Positions 31,936 through 48,900 of a stretch of DNA of 64,000 nt are shown piece by piece. The notes beneath the pieces are model-generated. The model was not told the origin of the DNA. It saw only the letters and a list, made by a program, of their open reading frames with translations, and did not search any database. The stretch lies in the NCBI RefSeq assembly GCF_009914755.1, contig NC_060945.1, one strand, 5' to 3'. Every line of letters begins with the position of its first letter. Positions within the stretch are counted from its first letter, which is position 1. The position numbers were made by a program, and so were the translations under genes. This stretch comes from the human T2T-CHM13v2.0 reference genome, Homo sapiens.

Positions 31936-32659
31936 GAGCAAGGGGATAAATGTGCTCTCTGCATGTGAAGGGTCTGCCTTGTGTTAGTGCTTCAGCTCCG
32001 GGGCTGGGAAGGTGTGGAATGGGAAGGGTGTAATCTGTTCCTTCCATCTTCACCATTTTTGGGAGAGCCCTTTACAAGTCTCTATCTATTCCAGCTCATC
32101 TCGGATGGTGGGAGATGTGGAGATAGACAGCATTAGGAAAGTAGTTTGACTTCCTTATAATCCTACAGTTCTGCTCTGGGCATCTTACTATGGGGAGAAA
32201 GGTGATCCCTAGACCTGGTTCAGCTGCAGCTGACTGCCTGGTGCATAGACTTCTATTCTCCATGCAGAGTCATTTAACATTGACACAGGAATAGCAAACT
32301 ACTATTGCAAGGTCAATTTTCCAGGAAAATTCTAAGGAAGAACATCTAAGAGCTGTTTTTGAACTCCAGTCTGTGGTTCCAAAGTGGTGGATGCCCATTG
32401 ATTTCAAAGCAAACCCCATGTTCCTTCATAGGAAGTCTACTGTTTCAGTATTTTCTAAAGACTAGTATCTAACAAAATAGCATGCATTTACATTAAGATA
32501 CCACCCAAGCACGCAGGGTTGAGTGACAGCCTTTTGTTGAATAACAATTCACAATTAAACAGATCAACTTAAATGTGTGTGGTTTGACTTCAGCGTGGTG
32601 CGCTAGGGAGAAGTGAAGGGCTGGATGAAAACTCTCTTGGGAACATCAATGTAGTTCCC

Positions 32660-32815
32660 ATACTGTCCCTTTCTGTGACGATAAAAACGTTCTACATCTG
32701 TGGTGACTGAGCACTTGAAATGTGGCTAGTGCAACTGAGGCACTGAATATTTAATGACTCATACTTTTAATTAACTTAAATTTGAATTTGGATGATCATG
32801 TGAAGCCACAACAGC
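32660..32815. mobile_element. MER3-like hAT element
   Basis: TGAGCACTTGAAATGTGGCTAGTGCAACTGAGG. Confidence 0.6.
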
Positions 32816-33543
32816 TCTGCTTAAGACATGGTGGAAAAGAATCAAAATGGCTTTTTCCTCTCTCCTTCTCTCCCTACCTCCCTCTTGCTTCCTGATTGCT
32901 CTGCCTCACCTTACCCTTTTTTCCTCCCACCTCCATGACTACTAGGTAAAATAAGAGGGCAACATACACACTAAGGAAGGTGTCTCCTGAAAAGCTATGG
33001 AAAAAGCAATTGCTGTGTGAGGAATTAATTTGAGGATCGGGGAGCTGGATGCGGCTAGGGTGCAAGCCATGCACCTAAGTTCCTTTAGAAGTGACTGTCC
33101 CTCAGAATATTCTGGTTTCCTCTGGGCGCTGGACTCTCAATGAGTGGGGACATGGAAGGGAGAACAAAATGTCTTTATTCCAGTCTTGTCCAGCAGTAGT
33201 GCTCAAAAAGTATTTCTTGATTAAATAAAGGATGTCAAACGTGACCATCACTATGCCAACCTCAGGGGACTGTCAGCCCAGCCCTGCCTTATCTACTTCT
33301 CAGGGATATTAGAGACATTAAACAAGCAACACCTGAACTGGGTTACTAAGAAGTTGTTTACTGGCAGAAATAAGTATTGTGATGGAAGGTACTGTAGAGT
33401 ACTGAATAATTAAACACATTGAAAGAAACTTGGCCTATGACGCCTAGCCATAGCAGGCTGAATAGTTATAATATTACTAGAAAACATAATGCAACTTATA
33501 ATGGGGCAGAATCTGTGATTCTAGGCAGTGCAAGTATCACTAA

Positions 33544-33903
<360 letters not shown>

Positions 33904-33917
33904 TAGAAACTGTGGTT

Positions 33918-34665
33918 GCACACTGTTGGTGGGATGTAAATTGTTACAGCCTTTATGGAAACAGTATGGAGGTTCCCCCAAAAATTAAAATAGAGCTATC
34001 CTATAATCCAGCAATCCCATTCCTGGGTCTATATCCAAAAGAAATGACATCTTCATATTGAAGAGATATCTGCATTTCCACGTTCATTACATCACTCTTC
34101 ACAATAGCAAAGATATGGAATCAACCTATGTACATCAATAGATGAATGGATAAAGAAAATGTGGTATATAGACACAATGGAACACTAGACAGCCTTCAAA
34201 AAGAAGAAAATCTTGTCCTTTGCTACACCCTGGAGAGACCTAAAGGATATTATGCTAAGTGAAATAAGCCAGACACAGAAAGGCAAATATTGTATGATCT
34301 CTATTATAGGTGGAATCTAAAAAAGCCAAGCTCATGGAAACAGGAGGTAGAATGGTGGGTGTTACCAGGGAGTGGGAATGGGGGTTGGGGAGATGTTGGT
34401 CGAAGGGTACAAAGTTTCAATTAGACAGGAAAGATAAATTCTGTAGATCTACTGTACAGCATGATGACTGTAATTAATTATCATGTATTGTGTACTTGAA
34501 AATTGCTAAGAGAACAGGTCTTAGATATTCTCACCACAAAATAGCGATGAATATGTGAGATGATGGTTATATGAATTAGCTTGATTTAATCATTTCACAA
34601 TATGTACATAGCTCAAAATATCACAGCGTACACTGTAAATACACATAATTTTTATTTGTCTGTGT
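33918..34665 (+). mobile_element. L1MA-type 3' end
   Basis: CACTGTTGGTGGGATGTAAATT...GATGAATGGATAAAGAAAATGTGG...TAATTTTTATTTGTC. Confidence 0.9.
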
Positions 34666-35659
34666 GTTTTACTAAAGCTCAGACAATAACAATAAAATAA
34701 AAACCACAATGAAAGACACATTGGCTTTAAGAGTCCTTGAAAGAAACGGTGGCAAATTCTTGGAGAAGAAAAGGACTTTCTTAAGGAAGGAAGCTGTTTC
34801 TTTGGGGCCTGATGCAACCCCTTAGGAAGACCAAGATCTTCATGCTCTTGAAAAGGTGATTGAAGCAGTGCCTTTCTCACCAAAGACACTGATTATTGGA
34901 TTTTTGTGCTTATTTGTAAGGATATATAGCTATTATAATGTCATTTAGATGCTATGGTTTTTTAGAATCATATCTACATATCTGAACATATTAAATGGTT
35001 GTTTCCTATTCTGAAGAATTTTAAATCTCCCTTTGTAGGTGAATGTTAATAGAGTGGTAGAAAGAAAAAATAAGATCTTCTGTTAATAAAAAATAGTATC
35101 AATACAATTAATAAAAATAATTACGTGTTTCTTTAGAATGAAATTCTCTGAGATACTCCCACATCGTATGAAAGCAGTAGCCTTGCTTGGGGTTGGGATC
35201 AATGGTGAGGTGGGCACATAAACACTAGGTGGGCTTGTCGTAGCATTAGGCAGTTTGTGGCTTCAGAAGCCTACGGATGCTTTATCATGAGAATGCTCCA
35301 GGACTTTCCATGTGCTGAATGTGTGTTTGTCCTTACCTTTCTTCCTTTTGTTAAAAACTTCATGTACTCCTGTTTGAACATTTTGTACAGTTAAATTATT
35401 TTTCTAAAGATCGGAGTTTTGATGTTAGCTTGCATGTCAGTTGAACTACATTTTAAGTTTTATTAACACTAACTGCCACTCAATGAACACTTAGTGTGTG
35501 TGTGCCAGGCACTGTGCTAACTCTTTTACATGGAGTATCTCACTAAAATGCATGGACTAGCCTTAACTAAACTAAAGGTCTAGTCTTAGTTCCTTGATGA
35601 ATTTGGTTTGTGATTGGGCAATTCACTCTGTAGTATAACTTAAAAAAATTTCAGACACG

Positions 35660-38570
35660 TGAATATTTTCTTATATTCTCTTCCTTCTTACATGAAGGGC
35701 AGTACACTATAGATATTCTTTTGCATTTTACTTTTTTTCCCTTACAATATATCCTGGAAATCAATCCATGTCAGTTCATTGAGATTTCCTTCCTTTCTTA
35801 TTACAGCTATATGGTTATCCATTGTGTAGATGTACCATGGTTTATTCAACCATTCTCCAATATATAAGCATTTAGGTCATTTCTGGTATTTTGCAATTAC
35901 AAGCAATGTTGCAATGAATAATGTTGTGTATGTTCATATTTATGGAGGTGTAGCTTTTGGGTAAATTCTCAGAAGTAGGATTGCTAGGTCAAAAGCTACG
36001 TGTGTATGTAGTTTTGTCACGGATTGCCAAATTTCCCTCCAGCAAGGTTGTACAATTTGCATGCTTACCAGCAACACATGAGAGTTCCCGTTTCCCCACA
36101 GCCTGGCCAACAGGGTGTCATCATACTGTTTAGTTTATGCCAACCTGGAAAGTAAGTAAATAAGAAATGGTATCTCAGCATAGTTTTGATTCTATCTTAT
36201 TATAAGTGAGGTTGAACTACTGTTCCATCTTTTTGTATGATTGAGAACAATTTTTATAAGTTTTTATAACTTGTCATTCTATATCTTTTGCTCATTATTT
36301 TCTCTCTCAGATTTTTGGGCTTTTTACTCCTTCTAATTTTAAGAATTCTTTTGATGTTAGGACTGATGGCCCCCTTTATCTGCGTTTTGAGTCATAGGAA
36401 GTATTTCCTTATATGGAAGTTTTTTTCTGGTGCTTATATCTTATATGGTTTCATTTATTTGTCTTTCTAGGTTTTATTCATTCTTCTGTGTGATATGTTG
36501 TATGCATCTAATTTTATCTTCTTCCAAATAACTAAGCAGTTGTCCCAGCAGCATTGACTGAAATCTCTGTCTTTGGCCTGGTGGTTTGAGATGCCACCTT
36601 TATCATACACTGATTTCCATATGCACTTAGGTCTCTTTCTGGGCTCTCTATTCTGTTCCATTGGTCCGTTTGCCTATTCATGCACTTACACTGTACTGTT
36701 TTAATTATAGAAGTTTTATAGTATGTTTTAATGTCTCCTTGGGTGAGTCTGCCTCGTAGCTTTCCGTTTTAGTGTTCTTCTGGCTAGTTTTGCATGTTTA
36801 TTGTTAAAACTTGTTTATTTTAAAAAATTGTGGCAAAATCTACATAAAATTTTCCATTTTAACCATTTTTGAGTGTACAGTTCAGTAGCATTAAATACAT
36901 TTACACTTTTATGCAACCATCACTACCATCCATCTACAGATCTAGGTTCATCTTGCAAAATAAACACTGTACCTATCAAACAATAACTCCCTATTCCCGC
37001 TTCCCCCCAGTCCCTGGCAACCACGATTCTACTTTCTATCAATTTGACTACTCTAAGTATCTTATATAAGTGGAATCATGCAGTATTTGTCTTTTTAAAA
37101 ATGGCATACAGAGTGATATTTTGATATGTGTGTACAATGTATAATGACCAAATCAGGGTAATTAGCATATCCATCATCTCAAACATTTATCATTTCTTTG
37201 TGTGGTGAACATTTAAAAATCTTCTCTTCCAGACTTTTGAAAACACAGCACCTTATAGTTAACCATATTCACTTTACAGTGCTGCAGAACACTGAAACTT
37301 TTCCTCTTATCTAGCCGTAACTTTGTGTTCATTAACCAAGCTGTCCCTAGCTTCCCCCGACTACCTCCCCTTCCCAGCCTCTGATCCCCACAATTATAAT
37401 CTCTGCTTCAATGTGCTCAATTTTTTTTTTAGCTCCTAGCATATGAGTGAGAACATGTGGTATTTATCTTTCTGTGCCTGACTTATTTCACTTAACACAA
37501 TGCCCTCCAGGCTCATCCATGTGCTGTGGATTTCATTCTGTTTTACGGTGGAATAGTATTCCATTGTGTACACGTGCCACATTTTCTTTATCCACTCATC
37601 TATTAATAGATATTTAGATTGATTTCATATCTTAGCTATTGTGAATAGTGCTGCAATAAATGTGGGGGTGCAGATATCTCTTTGACATACTGATTTCAAT
37701 TCTTTGAGATACCCAGATTGCCTGATTGTATGATAGCTCTATTTTTAGTTTTTTTGAAAAACCTTCATACTGTTTTCCATAATGACTGTACTAATTTACA
37801 TTCCCACCAATAGAGTATGAGAGTTTCCATTTCTGTTCATTCTCACCAGCATTTTTATTTTTTGTCTTTTTGATAATAGCCATTCTAACTAGGGTGAGAT
37901 GATATCTCGTTGTGGTTTTGATTTGCATTTCCCTGAGAATTAGTGATGTTGAATGTTTTTTCATACATTTGTTGACCATTTACATGTCTAAGAAGACATC
38001 TAAATTGAGAAATGTCTGTTCAGACCATTAACTCATTTTAACATTGGATTGTTTTTTTGCTGTCGAGATGTTTGAGTTCCTTATATAGTCTGGATATTAA
38101 TCCCCTGTTGGATGAATAGTTTGCAAATATTTCCTCCCATTCTGTAGGTTATAATTTTGCTGTTGATTGTTTCTTTTGCTGTGCAGAAGCTTTTCAGTTT
38201 AATATAGTCCCATTTGTCTATTTTTATTTTTGTTGCCTGTGATTTTGAAGACTTAGCCATAAAATCTTTGTCTAGGCCAATGTCCTGAAGGATTTATCCT
38301 ATGTTTTCTTCTAGTAGTTTTATGGTTTGGTGTCTTATATTTAATTCTTTAAGTTTGAGTTTATTTTGTGTCCACTTTGAGTTTATTTTGTATATGGTAA
38401 GAGATAGGGGCCTAATTTCATTCTTTTGTATATGGATATCCAGTTTTCTCAGCACTGTGTATTGAAGAGGCAGCCTTTCCCCAGTGTATGTTCTTGGCAC
38501 CTTTGCCAAAAATCAGTTAGCTGTAAATACGTGGATTTATTTCTGGGTTCTCAGTATTGTTCCATCTGTG
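35660..38570 (-). mobile_element. Stack of antisense L1M fragments (old L1M ~35660-36810; L1MB 3' end ~36820-37095; L1MA ~37100-38570)
   Basis: Three successive L1 3' ends plus degenerate ORF2 peptides ([23 protein letters not shown]). Confidence 0.85.
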
Positions 38571-39442
38571 ATATACCTTTATTCTCTGGGAAGCAGAAAT
38601 TGAAAGGCAGTGAACTCCTGTTGGACCTAAATTAGAAGGGAAATTGTTTTTACCTGGGAATTATTCCATATGCCCCAGATGGGTTACTCAAATGGAAGAC
38701 ACTGGATTTTAAAGGAAAACCACTAAATGACTTAGATTTTAATAGAGATGTGACTACAGATTGTTCAGTACCTTCAGAACATTATTTCTAACATGAGCTA
38801 TGTGGAGTAGTTGGAGAAATTCTGGTTATTTGTACATCCTGGTTCCCTTCAGCTTTTGTCTGTTCTATACTCATCTCATAAGAAGATTAACCGATGGTTG
38901 TTGGCCCACACAGGATATGCAGAAGGTGATTTTTAGTTTCTTCATCTACAGAATGGGAATAAATACTATCCTATAGATTGGTAGTAATAATTAAATAAGT
39001 ATATTAAAAGTTTCTGTGATCCATCCTAGATTTAATCTTTTCTTTAACTTTGAGATGAAAAGCCTTTGTAAGAGTGAACTGTCACCCCACCCCTGCCCAC
39101 CCCATTCACAGTAAGTCCAGATAAGGCTACAAACAGGTCTGCCACAGCCTACTTACAATGCCCACCTTGCCCCACCAGGTGTGATTCATAGTGGAAATTA
39201 TGCTATACCTTTACATAAGTGTGAAAGATGAGTAAAGGTCTGGATTTCTCTATGATGATTATTTCAATGCTTAAAAAACATTAAACATCAAAAATTTTCA
39301 GAAAGTATTTTCTGGTTCTCTGCTGCTATCCAGAGATTTCTCAGTAAGCCGACGGATTAACTGACCACATAGGAATGGCTGAGCTTCTGCTCAGCCTGGC
39401 CTGGGGGCTTTGGGATGGCAGCATTCTAGAGGGTCCCCAGGC

Positions 39443-41651
<2,209 letters not shown>

Positions 41652-42646
41652 ACAAACTGTGCTTACGCTGGTGGCGTTGGAGGCATTCCCCTGTTGCTGG
41701 AGGGCATTCATCTCTTACCTGATAGTCTCTTTTCTGCAATCCAGATAGAATTGTTTTAGTTTGGGATGTAAATTGGCAGGTGTTATTAGAATTGAAAATA
41801 CCTGAGAACGTTATCTAAAAACTAAGGAAAATGAGTATTTAAAAAATCTTAATCAAGCTTGATATATAGAAGGCCTGGACAGTAAAGCTCGGTTGTAAAG
41901 ATCACAGGCTTTTGGGACAAAAGGTTGGGGACTTGATCTGTGGCTTTTTACTCCCCACCTTCAAATCCTAGATTCCTTTTAATCAGTCTATGGATCCACT
42001 GACTAAAAACATTAGCAATTTAATGACAGTGTTTTTTTTTTTTTTTTTTTTGGTGGGGTGGGGGCACAACTGTATCAATTGATACCATTGGTACATATTG
42101 ATTGAAAATGTATCTTTGAATTAAAGAAATATGGTAATATTAATATAATAGTGTCTAGTCTGTTAAAAATATAATAACAGTAACACCTACTTTTGAGTTA
42201 TTATAACAGTTAAATGAGCTAGTACTTTGCACAGAGCCCGTTTGGTGCTGGCACATGGTAAAAATTGAATGAAAAGCAGCAGTGATTGATAACACAGAAC
42301 ATCTCTTCTTGGTATTATGGAGTCTGTATAGTCTCACTCATCAAATTCAATAGTCACAAAGTAATAAGTAAATACCCCTGGGTGACTGAAATATAGTAAG
42401 TACTATACAGTCTGTATTTCAGGTACCTAGGAGTTATTTATTTTTCTAATAGTTAACAGTGAATTCTACTTTCCTATGCTGGGAAGTCATTTGATAATTT
42501 GGTATGGGAAAACTTAATAATGCTCCTTGGGTCACAAATACTAATGTTGGGTCTGTTAAAATAAGGGAGTGTATAAAAATTAATGAGACTCGATTTTTAG
42601 AATAAGTATCCCGATTTTTCCAATGTAATTTTGTTCTTTTTTGCAG

Positions 42647-42668
42647 GATTTCGTATTCAATTTCAAAA
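42647..42668 (+). CDS. IGSF5: IGSF5 exon 6, 22-nt micro-exon (GFRIQFQK)
   Basis: ttgttcttttttgcag|GATTT...CAAAA|gtaagt. Needed to keep the frame between exon 5 (phase 1) and exon 7 (phase 2). Confidence 0.92.
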
Positions 42669-44857
42669 GTAAGTTTGAAACCACATCTATTTTCTGAAAA
42701 CAAAACAAAAAAAATTGAACAACAACAATAATAACAACAATACGTACACACAACTGCGGGATTTTTGGATTTATGTTATCCAGAATTAAGTACCGGAGGT
42801 AGACAATGCTGAAAAACACGTATGCCGATCACAAACTCATAGGGCAACATGAACTGTGGGATGAAACAGATGGGTTGCCACTGCCTACCTTTGACTTGCT
42901 CTGGTTCCCTTAGGGAAATGGAGATTTTCTTAGTGTCTGGCATTTGCAGCTCTTTCCACAAGAGGACACTGTGCACCATGACTATCATCCCGCCTGCTGT
43001 GGGCGGAGGCCAGGGCCACCGGCAGAGGTCCTGCTGGAATTTCTGGGATAGTGGAGAGCAGTGAGCCAAGCCGGATGCCTGCAAGTCACGTGAAACTGTC
43101 CAGGCAGACAAATTAGGCAGTGTTCGGTGCTCATTCAGCCGTGGGGAGCGGACGGGACGGAAAAATTCCTTTCATTCCCAGGCTGCCCAGAAGTAGCTGC
43201 AAGCACTTTTAAGGTAACTGTGTCAAGGACTTACAATAAGTAGCCAGTAACCCTTTTAAATGTCTGCAATGTTAACATAGCCATATGTGCACCAAGGGGA
43301 GGGTTTTTTAGACAGACGTTGTTTGTTGTGGGTAATATAACAACACATGTAGTTATCAGTATTTTATTAGAATATTTACATTTTTAAGTGCTGAGATTCT
43401 AAAATACCTTTTGGCTACATTCTGTGAATGAATATGGACAATCACCATGTGGCAAAGGTTATCCCTTCTCCCTCTGACCCCTGGCAATTGTGAAGTTTGG
43501 AGAGAGGACACCACCAAGCAGCAGTCTGAAAATATTTCTCCTTTGAGGCCTGACTTAGGGCAAGGGAAGAGGAAGAAAAATAGACCCTGATAATTATTCT
43601 GGCATTTCTCTTGATTGCTACTACCAGCGGAATGGAAGCCTGGACTCTCGGTTCACCATTGTTGACTGTGCCAACATCTTCCATTTCTGTTCTCTGGGGT
43701 CTTAGGTGATTTGAAAGCACAGTAAAGTGATCAATAGCTACTCAGGATAATGGGTAGAGGATAACAACAACTATAGAATATGACACTGGGAGCATGAGAA
43801 AAGCTAGTATATCTTGAGTGCCTGATGTACATGCCAGGTACTCACTGTTGCATGCTTTGTAGAATTTTTTGTCTGAATGTGAACTGGACGGGCCCACCTC
43901 AGGGCTTGGGCACCTTTGTTTCCGTGCAGCCCTTGAACTTAGGTGAGACTGCATTAAGCTCCAGAGGGATAATGGGGGTTGCCCACTGAATAATCCAACC
44001 CCACTTGCTTTCCCCTTTCACGATGTCCATGGTGCTCACTCCAGCTGCTTGAGGACTTCTTTTGCATTAAAATAATTAAAATTATATGTATATAATTGTA
44101 TGTTTATTATGGAAAAAAATCAATGCATGTTTATTTTTAGAAAAAATAAATATAAAGATAGGCACAAGAAATAGTTTAAAAAAATCACCCACACTTCTAT
44201 AGTTCCAAAGTAATTATTGTTAACTAACTATGTATGTACCTATGTACTCAAATGTTCATGTATATACCCATAGATATGCACACAAAGCATTTTGTGAAAT
44301 TTGGATTATAGTAACCATTAATTCATAGCTTGCTCTTTTCACTTTGCACATTCTGAAGATTATTTCTGTTAACAAATACTTGCCCACAGCATTTTTGTAG
44401 TATTTGTTTGCTAGTTTTAGATAGATACTTTTAAGTACAGAAAAGTGCACACGTTACAGGTGTGTAGCTTGATCAGGTTTCACAAAAAGCACAAATGCCT
44501 GGGCTTGATGGCAGAAATTCACAGCTAGAACATCCTCAGCATCCCCAAAGCCCCCTAGACCCCGGTCAAATTGCTGCCTACCCCTCCTCCCCAAAGGTGA
44601 CATTCTTCTGACATCTTTCCCACATCCCCAGAGATTAGGTGCATGCATCAATGGCGTCATTTTGTGTATACTCATTTATGTCTGCCTTCTTGAGCCTCTC
44701 ACTGTGAGACTGATCCATACCGTGGCACGTGAGTGTCAGTGGCTCATTATTATGTAATATTACATTCTGGGCACATATGCAATTTATTTTTACCTTTTGC
44801 TTTAAATGGGTGTTTGAATAGTTTTCAGGTTGGGACCATTACAAACACTACTGCTCT

Positions 44858-45160
<303 letters not shown>

Positions 45161-45243
45161 AAAAAACAACTACTCTGAGTACTATTGTAGGAGTCTTTTG
45201 GTGAACATAAGTACTCATTTCTGTTTGGTTCTGTGGGGAAATA

Positions 45244-45563
45244 CAGCTGATCCTCTTTATCTGCAGGTTCCACATCCTCTGATTCAACCAACAATGGATC
45301 AAAAATATTTGAAAAAATATACAACAGTAAAAAGTAATACAAAATAAAGAAGCAGTACAGTATAACAACTATTTGCATAGCATTTACATTGTATTAGGTA
45401 TTATAAATAATCTGGGCATAATTTAAAATATATGGGAGGATGTGTGTATGTTATATGCATATGCAAATCCTACACCATTTTATATCAGAGACTTGAGCAT
45501 TTGCAAATTTTGGTATCTGCAGGGGTCCTGGAATCAATCTCTAACAAATACCAAGGGAGACTG
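45244..45563. mobile_element. Tigger3a/MER7A-like MITE
   Basis: CAGCTGATCCTC...GGGAGACTG termini flanked by TA; internal GATTCAACCAAC and GCATTTACATTGTATTAGGTATTATAA. Confidence 0.8.
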
Positions 45564-45967
45564 TATCTAGTCCTAAAAGCTGGGCCAGAAGGTAACGTAT
45601 CTTCAGCTTTAGACAGTGCCACATTTTTCCAAAGAAGGTGTACAGGCTTACACTCCCGCTAGCAGTGTGTGAGAGCTCTCATATGTAATAATTTTGACAG
45701 ATGCCATGGAATTCCATTTTAGAGAACCATCATCATTTATTTTACTAGTCCTCCCTGATTGGGCACTCGGTTGTTTGCAGTTTGCTTTTATAAATAGCTC
45801 ATGAATCAACATTCTTTCAAGTACATATTTATACATATCCTTGATTGTTTCCCTAGCATACATCCTTAGAGGTCAAGTGTGACTATTTAAAATTCTTTGG
45901 CGTTCCATTGCCAGACTTCCTTCCAGCCTCCAAACCCTAGGAGGCTGCACCAACTTTTGCTTTATTT

Positions 45968-46207
45968 CAGGAGTTGGCACATTTTTTCCATAAAAGGCCC
46001 TGTAGTAAATATTTTTAGTTTTGCCAGCCATATGGTCTCTGTCATGAGGACTCAACTCTGCTGTTATAACATGAGTATGGCTACATGTTTAGGTAGCCAT
46101 AGACAATATGTGAGCTGATAGATGTAACCGTGTTCCAATGAAACTTTATTTACAAAAACAAGGAGTGGGTCAGATTTGGCCTGTGGGTCATAGCTTGCTG
46201 ACTCTTG
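45968..46207. mobile_element. MER58A (hAT-Charlie)
   Basis: CAGGAGTTGGCAC...GTGTTCCAATGAAACTTTATTTACAAAAACA...GATTTGGCC. Confidence 0.8.
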
Positions 46208-46431
46208 TTTTATTTGGTGAATGGTTTCTGAGAGTTGAGTAACAACTGGGGAGTAGAGTCCATGGACCAGGATAAACTTTCATCTCTCCCCATAATGGGA
46301 ATGTGTGAGTAGGCAGGCGTGCATACCTGCAACGCAGCGGCAAAGCTATGGACTTCCTGTGTTAAGTTCAATGTGTAAGCATACTCTTGAGAGTAACCAC
46401 GTGAACTACGTAGGTATCCATTGCCAATTAA

Positions 46432-46584
<153 letters not shown>

Positions 46585-46836
46585 TAGACAAGAGGGGTGG
46601 TGAAAAGACCTGGGAAAGAGAGAGCTGGAAGAAGGGCTGGCTTGCTAGATACCAGCTGCACAGGGAGGCTAACTTGGCAATGGTGGTTATTATTTTTTGG
46701 ATAAATTTTAGAAGAAGAAATTCTAGAACTTGGAATACTCTAGGAGTAGGTTAACAGTAAAAATCCACCTATTTGTCTAATGCTTAAAATAAAGTGAGGA
46801 AGAACCCTGAGAGCTTTAAAAAACTTTGTTTTTTTC

Positions 46837-47016
46837 CATCACACACTGGGGCCTGCCATAGGGTGGGGGGAAGGGGGAAGGATAGCATTAGGAGATATAC
46901 CTAATGTAAATGACAAGTTAATGGGTGCAGCACACCAACAAGGCACATGTATACATATGTAACAAACATGCACGTTGTGCACATGTACCCTAGAACTTAA
47001 AGTATAATAAAAAAAA
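46837..47016 (+). mobile_element. Short L1PA 3' end
   Basis: GGATAGCATTAGGAGATATACCTAATG...CTTAAAGTATAATAAAAAA. TSD-like AAA(C)TTGTTTTTTTCC. Confidence 0.92.
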
Positions 47017-47996
47017 TTGTTTTTTTCCCCATGCTTTCTTTTTTGTTTAAAGCCCTCTACATTAAAACATGTGGGGAGGTATTTTAATACATTGGGGGTA
47101 ACTTCCTCCCAATTTCAAGTAGAGTCAAGTAAGAGATCTCTTCCCCTTGAATGTAACAGGGAGTTGGGAATGCTGGAAAACTAGACCTACTTTTGGAGAG
47201 TCTTGCTGTAGTATCTCATTTTCTTGCTATGAGACAATACAGAATGATAATGCAGTGAGGGCATCTCTAAGACAACATCACCAGGAAGCAGCAGCAGTTG
47301 AGTATTGAAGGCCGATGAGAGGGGAAGGCTGAACCCACTCCTCCTCTGCAGGATGAACAGGACACCTGCCCTCACAGGCTGCTGGGAACACCAAATTCCA
47401 TGGGAAGGTTTTCAGCCAATCAGTCCTTGCTGAGGGGCCTAAACACCTGCGTTTTCCACAAAAATTGGAGCTCTATTTTCAGCAGCCCCATTTTTTTTTG
47501 ATTTTACCATGGCTGCCTCCCATGTGTATTCCAGATTGCATCTTTCAGATTGAAAAAAATTCCAGAGAGCATGGACTGTTTCCTTTGATAATCTGACCAC
47601 AGCTTCTTGCAGGTTCCTGTGAGTGAATATTTATTCATTAGTATTTTGAGCAATTGACTATCTTGACAAAAATCATGGCCCAAATCAAACATCTCTATCT
47701 CTTTTATCTCCATTTGTCTGGCATTTATTTTCCTTGATCAGCTGTTGAAGCTTTGGATCATTTTGTGTCTGGGTGAAACTAATGTGTCGAGAAAGAAATG
47801 GATTTTGAGTTAGTTTTCCATATTTTTATTTCTTTAAAGAAATAACATTCTAAAGGGATGGGATCTCAAGGGAATTTAAAAAAAGTGTTCATGGTTAAGG
47901 ATTATGCCAGCGGTACTACATAAAAGCAAATGTGTTTCTTTATAAATCAGAATTGTTAGAGCACACAGCTTGGTTTTTGCCACTTAATGACTCTAA

Positions 47997-48101
<105 letters not shown>

Positions 48102-48599
48102 TAGACCATTTTCCCCCTTTCTGGACTTTTTTGGCTATTTAAAAATTCTTACCTTGTTGTGGGTGATTATAAAATGGTGCGCGTTGTGTATTCATGATGG
48201 TGGCATGTTGCCTTTCCTCCCCTCCATATCAACTGGTCAGCATGGAGAGATGGGGCTGAGACATGGACTGTTTCTTGCCCTCAGTAGCAGTTGCTCTAAG
48301 ATCAAGGCTGGTTCTGGGTAACAGCTCTGGGTTCACATTTTGGGAGGATGCGACTTGATTTGGGACGTATCCGCCTGAGTTGGCATAAGAGTGAGCAGCA
48401 TATATAATGTGCCATTTGTTCTCTTTGAGCCATATTCTCCCAGGACTCAAGTCCATTCTGCTCTCCTGGTTACCCGCTCCCACGTGCTCATCTGTACTTG
48501 GACCCTTGGGGCCTTTGGACTCATGGAAGGATGCACTGGGTTTGAGGATCAGGACAGAGAAAATGTAGTTTGCTCTGCATGCAAGTTCTATGCTGATAA

Positions 48600-48900
48600 G
48601 CTTGAGGGCTGAAAAAATCCTGTCGGGGTTAGAATTTTAGAGGAGAGAGGAGGAGTCCTTGATGATTAAGGATTATGGCCAGAACGGCTTAGAGGCTGGA
48701 GTTGCCATTAACGTAGATAAGGAATGTTATGGGTGGAGCAGTTTAGGGGGAAAGATTAGACATCTAATTGGAGCTTGTAGATTCTGAAGGTCTCTGTTAG
48801 ATGTCCACATGGAGATGCTGAAGGTGTAGTTAAATTCACCAGTCTGCAGTTCCAGGGAGAGGTACTAGCTGTAGATACTGGTTGGTTGGTTGGCAATGTT
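48600..48900 (-). mobile_element. L2 fragment
   Basis: GATGTCCACATGGAGATG...AGTCTGCAGTTCCAGGGAGAGG, an L2-like antisense motif. Confidence 0.5.
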